Shown here in pieces: positions 15,261 to 23,272 of a stretch of 32,000 nt of DNA. The notes beneath the pieces are model-generated. The model did not search any database and had not been told where the DNA came from. It saw nothing but the letters and a program-made list of their open reading frames with translations. The stretch is from Alkalilimnicola ehrlichii MLHE-1 (GTDB taxonomy: Bacteria; Pseudomonadota; Gammaproteobacteria; Nitrococcales; Halorhodospiraceae). Made by a program: the position numbers and the translations under genes. Every line of letters begins with the position of its first letter. The first letter of the stretch is position 1. Location of the stretch: assembly GCF_000014785.1 (NCBI RefSeq), contig NC_008340.1, positions 2,430,001-2,462,000 on the forward strand, given 5' to 3'.

Positions 15261-15305
15261 CTTATCCAGCCGTTGCCCAAAGGATTTTGTAAAGGAGGTG
15301 ACATC

Positions 15306-15866
15306 GTGACGCTGCTCAAACATCGGTCCTTCAACCGCGCGCAGGCCGGCCGGGATTTCAGCCGGGTCATTCCCCAGTCCCGCCCTGACTCCTGCGGTCT
15401 GGCCGCCCTGGCCACCCTGATGAATGAGGTCCTACACTTACCGACGAGCGAAGCCGCGCTGCAGGCGAGACTGAAACACCGCCGCCCCGCCAGCCTGACT
15501 GACCTGAGCAAGCTTAGTCGCCAGGCAGGCCTCAAGGCCCATGCCTACGCGGTCGACCTGGACCTGCTCCTTCGGGTGCAACGACCGGCCATACTGCATA
15601 TGGGGGCCTCGCGCCGGATCGGGCACTACGTGGTGGTCCGGGGGGTTGCGGACGACAAAGCGTGGCTCGCCGATCCCATGCGCGGCAACGTCCACCTGGA
15701 CCTGACCGCCCTCAAGAAACACTGGTACGTGCCTCGCAAACCCTTTGGTCACGTCCTTTACGTCGCCGGAGCGGACGAGGAATGGTTACCCCTGAACGAG
15801 GAGCACCTTCCGGGCAGCCCGCCGGAAACGGTCAGCGACTGGTTCCCCCCGCCGGCCGGACGTTAG
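15306..15866 (+). CDS. Free-standing C39-family cysteine peptidase (bacteriocin double-glycine leader peptidase domain only)
   Basis: AAGGAGG (15292-15298) lies 7 nt upstream of GTG 15306; the track start TTG 15273 has no SD. Motifs present: Q-x5-C (IPQSRPDSCGLAALATLMN), His (IGHYVVVRGV) and Asp (WLADP). Spacing is Cys30 to His107 77 aa and His107 to Asp123 16 aa, as in PCAT C39 domains. There is no TM segment, no signal peptide and no ABC domain. Confidence 0.8.
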   Translation: MTLLKHRSFNRAQAGRDFSRVIPQSRPDSCGLAALATLMNEVLHLPTSEAALQARLKHRRPASLTDLSKLSRQAGLKAHAYAVDLDLLLRVQRPAILHMGASRRIGHYVVVRGVADDKAWLADPMRGNVHLDLTALKKHWYVPRKPFGHVLYVAGADEEWLPLNEEHLPGSPPETVSDWFPPPAGR

Positions 15867-15876
15867 GCCGCCGCAG

Positions 15877-15906
15877 TCGCCGCCCGGTTCGCACTACGGG
15901 CGGCGA
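15877..15906. terminator. GC-rich hairpin between convergent genes (possible bidirectional terminator, no U-tract)
   Basis: A perfect 10-bp stem, TCGCCGCCCG (15877-15886) with CGGGCGGCGA (15897-15906), and a 10-nt loop. It lies between the C39 stop (15866) and the response-regulator stop (15966). Confidence 0.4.
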
Positions 15907-15965
15907 TCACGGTTGCCCATCGCCCCGCGTCCCCGGGCCAGTGGCAGGCCATAATACCCTGCGTT

Positions 15966-16760
15966 TCAGCCGGAGGATTCCTCCAGCAAGCCGTGGCGGT
16001 TCGCCAGCAGGGCCAGTTGGGTCCGGTTGGAGACCCCGGTCAGGGCGAGGACCTGCGACACGTAAAGCTTGACCGTGTTCTCCGAGATCTGCAGGTGGTT
16101 GGCAATCTGGTAATTGCTGTGCCCCTTGGCGATCAGCTCGGTCACCTCGCGTTGCCGCTTGGTCAGCCGGGCGAAGCCTTCCACCAGCCCGCCCTGGACG
16201 CCCTCCTTCCCGCGGGTTGCCTGACCACCGCGCTGCCCCATAACGCTGCCCTTGATCTCCTCAAGGTCACTGGCCATGGTGCTCACCGAGGTCGCCACGG
16301 AATCGAGTTTCACCCCGATTTCGCCCCCGCCGCGGATTTCGCTCCGGCGATTGACCCGCTCAACCAGTTTTTCGACACATCGGGCCAGCTGGTCCAGATT
16401 GACCGGCTTTTGCAGGTATTCCCGGACACCACTGCGCAGCGCCGCAATGGCGTTGCTATGGGAGCCGTGGCCCGTCAATACCGCCACCTCGAACACCCGG
16501 TCGGCCTCAAACGAATCGATGAGCCAGCCAGCGAACGTAATCCCGTCCTCGCCCGGCATCTTGATATCGGTGATCACCACCTTGATGTCTTTACGCTCGA
16601 AGAACTTTTTCCGCGCCTCATCCGCTGAGGTCGCGCTCTCGCAATCGTAACCGAGCTCGGAGAGATATTCGACGATCTCCTCGACGATATACTTTTCATC
16701 ATCGACCACCAGAACCGCCACCGGTTCGGAGTGACTGTCTTCTCTTTGCATCACATCCAC
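15966..16760 (-). CDS. Two-component response regulator, REC plus LuxR/FixJ-type HTH (PprB-like position)
   Basis: REC residues are intact (VVDDE, ITDIKMPGEDG, LTGHG, LQKP). The C-terminal HTH is LTKRQREVTELIAKGHSNYQIANHLQISENTVKLYVSQVL. An unusually long G/S-rich linker of about 60 aa joins them. GTG 16760 has AGGTG 5 nt upstream; an alternative ATG lies at 16751. Confidence 0.88.
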   Translation of the reverse strand: MDVMQREDSHSEPVAVLVVDDEKYIVEEIVEYLSELGYDCESATSADEARKKFFERKDIKVVITDIKMPGEDGITFAGWLIDSFEADRVFEVAVLTGHGSHSNAIAALRSGVREYLQKPVNLDQLARCVEKLVERVNRRSEIRGGGEIGVKLDSVATSVSTMASDLEEIKGSVMGQRGGQATRGKEGVQGGLVEGFARLTKRQREVTELIAKGHSNYQIANHLQISENTVKLYVSQVLALTGVSNRTQLALLANRHGLLEESSG

Positions 16761-16831
16761 TGTCGCACCTTCTAAAAAAGAAATGAACTACTGATTGGCG
16801 GGTGCCGACTGCGGCATCCGCTTCAACCGAC

Positions 16832-19336
16832 TCATAACGTCCGTTCTTCAACGGCGGGCAAATCGACCGTGAACTCCGCACCCGCATCGGTATTGCGTGC
16901 CGAAATCACGCCGCCCATGCTCTTTACGATCCCGAAACTGACCGAGAGTCCAAGCCCTGTCCCCTCACCGACCTCCTTGGTGGTAAAGAACGGGTCGAAC
17001 AGGTGACCCAAGGCGGCGTCACTGATCCCCGGCCCTGAGTCCTGGACACGTATGCGCAGCATTTCGCGCCCTCCATCGTCGTCAATGGACTCTAACTTTA
17101 GTGTAATCCATTCACCCTGTAAGTACTCCGCGTTACCCTGCTCCCGGGCCCGCTCCCTGATGGCATCCCGGCTGTTGATCATCAGGTTCAGCAACACCTG
17201 AACCAGTTGGTCCTGGTTACCCAGCACCTGGCAGGCTCCGCGGGCCCGATCCTCAAACGTCACCTGCAGGCCATTGCCGGTGAACTGCTCCTGGATCAGA
17301 ACCAGGGCATCCTCAATGGCGGCCACCACCGAGAACAATCGCGCTTCAGGATCGCTTTTCCGGCCAAAGACCCGCATCTGCTGGATGATGGCGGCGGCCC
17401 GCTCCACCTGGCCGATGATGCGGTCCAGCTTCTTGCCCACCTGTTCCAGGCCGGCCTCGCCCTTGGCTAGGTTGCGCCGGGCGTTGAACGACGCCATCTT
17501 GATGACATTCAGCGGCTGGTTGATCTCGTGCGCCACCCCCGTGGCCATTTCGCCCACGGTCGCCATCTTGGCCGCATGGATCAGCTTCTCCTGCGCGCTC
17601 TTGATCTCGGTGTTGTCGTGTCCCACCGCCTGCACCTCCAGCAGGTCGCCATCGTCGGAGAAGAACCCCCGCTCCGACCAGGTCACCCAGCGCACCCCCC
17701 GGCCCGGCACCTGCATTCTCAGCTCGTAGCTGATGATGGGCGACAACGGCGTCAACTGGCCCAGGCGGTCGCCGATACCAACGCGCTCCTCTTCCGGAAG
17801 CAGATCCAGCCAGGTAACCCCGTCCTGCTCCCCCTGCAACGGCTCAATGAACGACTCGAAAAAGGCCGTGTTATGAAAGACAATCCGGAAGTCCGTGGTG
17901 TAGCGGCAGATAAACGCCGGGGCATCGTCCACGATGGCCTTGTACCGGCGCTCGCTGTCCGCAATGGCCTGCTCAAGCTGCTGGCGCCGGGTCACATCCC
18001 AAAACATGCCCACGACGTTGCCCCCGCCCGCACTCTGGACACCCTCATAGACCCAACGGTACCCGCCGTCAGCGGTGCGCAGCCGGTAAATGGCCGAGAA
18101 CTGCCCTTCGCGCTGAAGCTGCTTCACCCGCTCCTTGATGATGGCCAAGTCCGCCGGGTGAGTCAGCGAGCTGAGGCGCTCCTGCGCCGGCAAATTCCGG
18201 ACGGCCTGCCCCAATAACCCCTCGGAGGAGGAGCTTACGTAATCAGGCAACAGGCGATGCCCCTCCAGCCGTGCCGAGTAGAAGGTAATCCCCGCCTTTT
18301 CGGCCACACTCTCCAGGGCATAGGCGCTCACCCGGTGGGCCTCCCGGGCCTCCACCTCCCCGGTGATCTCATACAGAACCGCCAGCACCCGGTCCTCCTG
18401 CGACCCGGACTCCCGCCGGAAGCGGAGCTGGTACCACCGTCGCCCCTGGCCCGTCCCGCGGGGATCAGAGACCGCCACCCGAACCTCCGATTCGAGCCCG
18501 ACGGCGCCCGCGGCCGCATCGCGAAAACCGCTGACCACCGGCGCCGCATCGGGCAACGCCCCTGCCCGTTCCAGTTGCGCCAGGTGCCCCTGGCCGGAGG
18601 GCGGCAGGCCCAGCACTCGGGTGGCGGGCCCGAACCACTGCAGGCGATCCGGTCCGGGCCACCAGACCAATTGCCCCAAGCCCCCCAGCGTGATCAGGCC
18701 CTGATAGCGCTCCGCCTCTCCTCGCCGCTCCTGCACCAGCCCCACCTGGGCGATGTAACCGGCGACCAGGCAGCCGACGGGCATCAGGCCGCGGGCCAGC
18801 GAGTCATCCCAGTCCTCCCGAATACCGGCTTGTTCCACCGCCAGCATGCCCAAAGGCCGGCCACCGCTCACCAGCGGGAAAAGCAGCAGCGAGCGCACCC
18901 GGCGCTCCGCCATCACCCCCTCGACGGTCTTGGGCAGGGGCACGGCCTGATCAATGCCACTGCGGTCCGGTTGGCGCAGCCAGACACCCGGACTGAGGGT
19001 ATCCAGCATCCGCTGCCAATCCCGGGTCTGTTCGTAGGCCCGCGGCGTTAACCGCTCGCTGGACTGGAGGGGCGGGTGCAGATGCCAGTGGACAGCCGAC
19101 TCCGGAAACCCCGAGATCTCGCCCTGATCCAAGTGAATAACGACGTGGTCCGCCTGAAGCGCCTGCCCCAGCACCCCAGCCAGGCGCCGCAAAGGGCCTG
19201 CACCGGTGGCGGGGGGCGCGAGCGAGAGCAAATGGGCACACTCCGAGACAATAGCCGACGCCCGGACGGATCCGTGCGCATAGTCCTCCCGCCAGGCCGA
19301 CGCCTGGTGAGGATGGCTGTCGTATGACTCGGGCAA
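16832..19336 (-). CDS. Soluble multi-domain sensor histidine kinase (GAF, several PAS, HisKA, HATPase_c; PprA-like position)
   Basis: The TTG start at 19336 has GGAGG 7 nt upstream. The GAF-like N-terminus reads ...LLLFPLVSGGRPLGMLAVEQ. PAS-like segments are present. H-box GVAHEINQPLN, N-box LLNLMINSRDA, G1 VQDSGPGI, G2 GTGLGLS. No TM helix was seen. Confidence 0.88.
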   Translation of the reverse strand: MPESYDSHPHQASAWREDYAHGSVRASAIVSECAHLLSLAPPATGAGPLRRLAGVLGQALQADHVVIHLDQGEISGFPESAVHWHLHPPLQSSERLTPRAYEQTRDWQRMLDTLSPGVWLRQPDRSGIDQAVPLPKTVEGVMAERRVRSLLLFPLVSGGRPLGMLAVEQAGIREDWDDSLARGLMPVGCLVAGYIAQVGLVQERRGEAERYQGLITLGGLGQLVWWPGPDRLQWFGPATRVLGLPPSGQGHLAQLERAGALPDAAPVVSGFRDAAAGAVGLESEVRVAVSDPRGTGQGRRWYQLRFRRESGSQEDRVLAVLYEITGEVEAREAHRVSAYALESVAEKAGITFYSARLEGHRLLPDYVSSSSEGLLGQAVRNLPAQERLSSLTHPADLAIIKERVKQLQREGQFSAIYRLRTADGGYRWVYEGVQSAGGGNVVGMFWDVTRRQQLEQAIADSERRYKAIVDDAPAFICRYTTDFRIVFHNTAFFESFIEPLQGEQDGVTWLDLLPEEERVGIGDRLGQLTPLSPIISYELRMQVPGRGVRWVTWSERGFFSDDGDLLEVQAVGHDNTEIKSAQEKLIHAAKMATVGEMATGVAHEINQPLNVIKMASFNARRNLAKGEAGLEQVGKKLDRIIGQVERAAAIIQQMRVFGRKSDPEARLFSVVAAIEDALVLIQEQFTGNGLQVTFEDRARGACQVLGNQDQLVQVLLNLMINSRDAIRERAREQGNAEYLQGEWITLKLESIDDDGGREMLRIRVQDSGPGISDAALGHLFDPFFTTKEVGEGTGLGLSVSFGIVKSMGGVISARNTDAGAEFTVDLPAVEERTL

Positions 19337-19406
19337 GGGTCAACCTCCGCGGTCGAGCAAACCGGCTGGGGCCTCCGACGGCCCCATCAGCCATGAGGGC
19401 CGGCGG

Positions 19407-19796
19407 CTACAACGACTTCAGGGCATCAGCGGCCTGGATCGCCTCCACCGCGGCGATCACGTCGTCGGGCGATACCGGTTTCTCCAGGAAATCGGTCACC
19501 CCCTTGCGAATCCCTTCGAGCGCGGCCTCCTTGGTCCCGTGACCGGTGATAATGATGATGCCGTGATAATCACCAAAATCCCTTCTCAGGGTGTTCAATA
19601 CAAAAAAACCATCCTGGATTGGCATCCGCAAGTCAAGTATGACGATGCGAATGCTCAAATCCTCACACAGGGTCTGAATGGCCCCCTGCCCATTATTAGC
19701 ATGCCAAACGTTATAACCCGCATCCTCCAACGCCTCGGTCAATTCCTCATGGACCAAGGCATCGTCATCGACCAACAGGACATTAGGCTGAATCAT
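19407..19796 (-). CDS. Single-domain (CheY-like) response regulator
   Basis: MIQPNVLLVDDD..., ILDLRMPIQDG, IITGHG, FLEKP: all conserved REC residues are present and there is no output domain. ATG 19796 is preceded by AAGGGGTGG. Confidence 0.88.
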   Translation of the reverse strand: MIQPNVLLVDDDALVHEELTEALEDAGYNVWHANNGQGAIQTLCEDLSIRIVILDLRMPIQDGFFVLNTLRRDFGDYHGIIIITGHGTKEAALEGIRKGVTDFLEKPVSPDDVIAAVEAIQAADALKSL

Positions 19797-19816
19797 CACC
19801 ACCCCTTACCAAGGTA

Positions 19817-20341
19817 TTAGAACTCTATACGGGTGCTGGCCTCCAGTGTCTCCGGCAACTGCGGGACAGCCCCGATTCCCGGAAACACCAGCGGCACGAC
19901 AAACGGCGCAGCCTGGTAATCATACGCCACCCGAACCGAAAGGACGTCTCCGGTCAGGGTGACCTCCACGTCGAAATCTCCGGGTGCCAGGGCCGTAAGG
20001 ACCGACTCCGACAGCAGGTCATTGGTGGCCTGTTTCGAATGCCCAATAACCGCATCCGGATAGGTGTCATATTGGCCGAAATCCGTCCGGGAGGGATCGA
20101 CCCGCAAGCCCACCCGCGCCCCTTCGGCCACTGCCATATTCATCTGTTGCACCAACAGCATCGGAAAGGTGTAGGAGACAATCGCGTAGAACACCGTGAA
20201 AAAGAGCAGGAAGACCAGGGCGAACTCTATGGCCGCCGCGCCGCGCTGCCTCCTGTTGCCACCCATCTGCACGCCCATGATTCGCCTTTTTCGCCACCAC
20301 GATGCGGACCGGGATCGCCTTGACACTGGATTCACCGTCAT
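19817..20341 (-). CDS. tadE: TadE/TadF-like pseudopilin (TadE domain)
   Basis: The TadE N-terminal motif is RRQRGAAAIEFALVFLLFFTVFYAIVSY. ATG 20341 makes an ATGA overlap with the tadG stop. Internal ATGs at 20278 and 20266 are alternative starts. Confidence 0.8.
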   Translation of the reverse strand: MTVNPVSRRSRSASWWRKRRIMGVQMGGNRRQRGAAAIEFALVFLLFFTVFYAIVSYTFPMLLVQQMNMAVAEGARVGLRVDPSRTDFGQYDTYPDAVIGHSKQATNDLLSESVLTALAPGDFDVEVTLTGDVLSVRVAYDYQAAPFVVPLVFPGIGAVPQLPETLEASTRIEF

Positions 20342-22149
20342 CGGACCAGATCGACGCCGCCCTCAAGCAGCTCCACCACTTGGACGTCTAACCCTCCCAC
20401 GCCAACGCCAAGCATGCTCAGCAGCGGCTCCAGAATGACGCTCCCTAATAGCTGCAGCACGAGGGGTAATACCAGGCTCAGCAAGATCGCAACCACTTCA
20501 TTAACCAGCGCTTCCACCACGGCCGTGGTCAGTCCCAGCAACGTTGCGAGCACTCCCAAATCCTCGACCAGGGTGATCTCCACATCGATACTCTCGCCCA
20601 AGGTCTGTAACCCGTTCGCCAGTGCTCCGCCCAAGCCGCTGGCGACGGATTGCACCTCTGTAGGCAACGCCGCCCGGTCCTCAACCAGGAAATGAAGCGT
20701 TTCGCCGGCAGCAGGCTGAATCGGCGCGTTCGCAGCGAGCGCCAGGGTGGCAATGTGAATCCCCAAGGCCCTCACCTCGACCGCCACCGGTAACACCGAC
20801 GGGTCGGAGACAGCGATGTCATCAAACTCCCCCAGCTCCAGATTAGCAACCCCGGGCAGAGTGCCGACCGCCACCTCCGTGGCCCCGGGGGTGTCCGGAG
20901 GACAGCCAACCCCCTCAACCCAGGCGCTCCCTTGCGCCGCCTGCAGCGCCACCCCCAGGTCGACGTCGACCGCTGCGATACCCACATTCAATGATAGGTC
21001 CGCGGCGGCCTGGAGGCGCACCTGCGCGGTATCCACAATGGTCCGCCACTCCCCGTCGGGGCCCCGGCCGGGCGGGCCGATGACAATCTGCGGCGGCTCG
21101 ACAATCGTGGCCTTAACCCGGGCGTCAACATCTACCAGGTTCAGCAGATTCAGATCACTCAGTGGCAGGAGAACATCAAGCTCCACGGCGTGGTCCCGGG
21201 TTGCGGTCATCGCCGTGGTCATGATCAGGTCCAGCACATTGACTTGGGCGTCCAGGGCTGCGTCCGGATCCATGGAGGGGGCCTGGACCTGGAGGATGTC
21301 GGCAAGCTGCAGCTCCAGGTTTTCCACCCCGATGTTCAGGAGCTGGTTGCGCAGGACCGAGGCGTTCACGTCGAGGACACCCTCCCGTTCCACCGCCCGG
21401 ACGGCTGCCTCCAGCACATCCAGCAAACGCACATTTGCGGACAGCAGCTCATCGACCGTCGCGACACTGAGATCCACCCCCAGTACCGCCAGGTCCTGAG
21501 CCAACTGGAGCAGCGTCACTGAGGTATCCACCAGGCCGGCGAAGGCCACCGCGTCCAACTGCAGGTTGGTCCCCAGCAGACCGTTAAGCAGGGCATTGAG
21601 CAGGGGGGAGTTCTCGGTGTCCACCCGCGCGGCCCAGGAGCCGGCGGAGATCCCCACCAGCGGCATGCGCCGGGCCACCGCCTCGGCGCTCAGGGTGGCC
21701 TGCTGGCCAAACAGCCCCCCGAGGACCAAGCTCTGCGGCACCTCGTGCTCCACGTGCACCCGCGCCGCCTCCGGCACCACCCCGTGATGGCCTACATCCG
21801 GCATGGTCTCGAACACCCGGAGGACGCCGTCCTCCACCAGACGGCCCAGCAACAGCCCCTGCGCTCCTATGACGAGGTCATCACCCTGGTAGCCGTTGCG
21901 CTCCGCCACCGCCTGCGCCGTCTGTAGCGCCGATGCAGGATCCGCCGTGCAGCCGGTATGCTTCCAGGCCGTTTCCAGGGCCGTCGCATCGGCGATCCGC
22001 TGCAGGTTCCGCTGCTCCATATAGAGCCGGCCGGCATCCAGAGCCAGGGCCAGGAACACGACCACCACCACCAGCAGGAGGACCGCCGCCAGGCCGATCG
22101 CACCCCGCTGCCGCCCCGGACCGATTCCCTGTCCTTGCAGTCTCACCAT
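20338..22149 (-). CDS. tadG: TadG-like Flp pilus assembly protein (603 aa)
   Basis: ATG 22149 has AGGAG upstream. The TadG/Tad N-terminal domain pattern is GRQRGAIGLAAVLLLVVVVVFLALALDAGRLYMEQRNLQRIADATALE. The gene sits between the tadD/DUF3613 genes and tadE. The first 63 codons of the track ORF overlap the upstream gene and are R/P-rich. Confidence 0.75.
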   Translation of the reverse strand: MVRLQGQGIGPGRQRGAIGLAAVLLLVVVVVFLALALDAGRLYMEQRNLQRIADATALETAWKHTGCTADPASALQTAQAVAERNGYQGDDLVIGAQGLLLGRLVEDGVLRVFETMPDVGHHGVVPEAARVHVEHEVPQSLVLGGLFGQQATLSAEAVARRMPLVGISAGSWAARVDTENSPLLNALLNGLLGTNLQLDAVAFAGLVDTSVTLLQLAQDLAVLGVDLSVATVDELLSANVRLLDVLEAAVRAVEREGVLDVNASVLRNQLLNIGVENLELQLADILQVQAPSMDPDAALDAQVNVLDLIMTTAMTATRDHAVELDVLLPLSDLNLLNLVDVDARVKATIVEPPQIVIGPPGRGPDGEWRTIVDTAQVRLQAAADLSLNVGIAAVDVDLGVALQAAQGSAWVEGVGCPPDTPGATEVAVGTLPGVANLELGEFDDIAVSDPSVLPVAVEVRALGIHIATLALAANAPIQPAAGETLHFLVEDRAALPTEVQSVASGLGGALANGLQTLGESIDVEITLVEDLGVLATLLGLTTAVVEALVNEVVAILLSLVLPLVLQLLGSVILEPLLSMLGVGVGGLDVQVVELLEGGVDLVR

Positions 22150-22177
22150 CAGGCTCCTGCGCGGGCGCCCGCGCCTT

Positions 22178-22495
22178 TTAGTCGACCCCGAAGGAGTCGC
22201 GGTCGAAATAGGTTTCGGGGATCGGGTGGGTGAAGCTGTCCAGATAACGCCGCAACGCACGGGTGCGGGCCGCCTCCGGCAGGCCCTGCACATAGGTCGA
22301 GGCCTGGTCACCGTCCCGCTGCAGCGCCAGCCAGGCACGGGTCTGCTCCCCCGCCCGTTCCGGGGACGACCGGACGGCCGACTCCGCTTCCTCCGCCGCC
22401 CCGTCGGCCAGTACCGGACCGGTTAGGAACAGCACCAGCACCGCCGGCCAGCACCAACGCCATCGCGGCTGTTCATTGACTCGCTGTGACATCAT
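22178..22495 (-). CDS. Small secreted Tad-locus protein (DUF3613-like)
   Basis: Signal peptide WRWCWPAVLVLFLTGPVLA. The pattern TRAWLALQRDGDQAS...RRYLDSFTHPIPETY resembles DUF3613 proteins, which I recall as Tad-locus associated. The family assignment is from memory. Confidence 0.6.
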   Translation of the reverse strand: MMSQRVNEQPRWRWCWPAVLVLFLTGPVLADGAAEEAESAVRSSPERAGEQTRAWLALQRDGDQASTYVQGLPEAARTRALRRYLDSFTHPIPETYFDRDSFGVD

Positions 22496-22510
22496 GCAAG
22501 ACCTCGCTGA

Positions 22511-23272
22511 TCAATCGGAAGGCAACCCCAAGTCCGGGGCTTCGGATACGCCTTGGACCGGTTCCGTCACCCGCTCGCCCCGTTGCGCCCGGGCCCGCGC
22601 CTGCTCCAGGCGCGGCAGGCGCTCGTTGAGCCGGGCCACCAGGGTCTGGTCCACGTCGTAACGCTGCAGCAACGCATTCAGCCGGGGGATGTTGTCCTGG
22701 CTGAGATAGAGCAGCATCAGGTTTTCCAGTGGCTGCTCATGCCCCTCGCTCAACTCCAGGGCGCTGCGCAGCTCGAACTCCGCCTCGCTGTCCCGGCCCA
22801 GCATCAGGAGCACGAAGCCGTAGTCGTTGCGTACCTGGGCCACCCGGGGCAGATCGCGCCGGGCGGCGGCCAGTGCCTCGGCCGCGCGCGCATAATCGCC
22901 CTCCCGGATGGCCAGCACCCCCAGGCCATGGCGGGCCGCCCCCCGGAGGCAGGCGTCGTTCTCGACGGCGTGGAAATGGTCCCGCGCCTCCGCCCGCCCC
23001 ATCTGGCTGAGGATCTGCGCCTTGGCCAGCCGGATCTCGGCCGACCCGCCGCCCAGGCCATCCAGGTGTGCGAGGGCGGCATAGGCCTGCCCCCGGGCCA
23101 TCAGCTGCTCCGCCTCCTCCATGGCCATGCGCTGCTCCGGGTCCAGGTCGGACCGGCATTCGCCCGCCCCGGGGCGGGCGTCGTCCGCGTTCGGGCCCAG
23201 CGCCGCACAGCCGGAGAGCAGCAGCGCCGCCCCCAGCCCTGTGAGCCATTGTCGAAAGTCAGTCACCCACAC
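22511..23272 (-). CDS. tadD: TPR-repeat lipoprotein TadD
   Basis: The lipobox LLLSGC follows a hydrophobic leader. TPR-like A/L/G-rich repeats follow. The gene lies immediately downstream of tadC. The GTG start overlaps the tadC end. Confidence 0.8.
   Translation of the reverse strand: MWVTDFRQWLTGLGAALLLSGCAALGPNADDARPGAGECRSDLDPEQRMAMEEAEQLMARGQAYAALAHLDGLGGGSAEIRLAKAQILSQMGRAEARDHFHAVENDACLRGAARHGLGVLAIREGDYARAAEALAAARRDLPRVAQVRNDYGFVLLMLGRDSEAEFELRSALELSEGHEQPLENLMLLYLSQDNIPRLNALLQRYDVDQTLVARLNERLPRLEQARARAQRGERVTEPVQGVSEAPDLGLPSD

Noticed and set aside
14652-15535. ORFs spanning repeat cluster B: 14652..15323(-), 15029..15292(+), 15098..15535(-), 14429..15010(-).
   Set aside because: Same reasoning as for cluster A. 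They are repeat-derived pseudo-peptides, or are antisense to the Yip1-like and C39 genes.
20338-22149. Local resemblance between the peptide core (DGLLGTVLGAV, LLGGLL) and segments of TadG (NGLLGTNLQL, LLSMLGVGVGGL).
   Set aside because: The matches are short and are compositionally driven by a G/L/V-rich sequence. There is no extended alignment, so there is no basis for a functional link.
22150-22338. N-terminal extensions in the track ORFs of tadG (22150-22338), yedK (7943-8128), rcpA (28921-29025), ADH (3389-3463) and ubiT (816-890).
   Set aside because: The extensions overlap upstream genes or promoters, are R/P-rich and lack SDs. Internal ATGs with SDs coincide with the conserved family N-termini or signal peptides.
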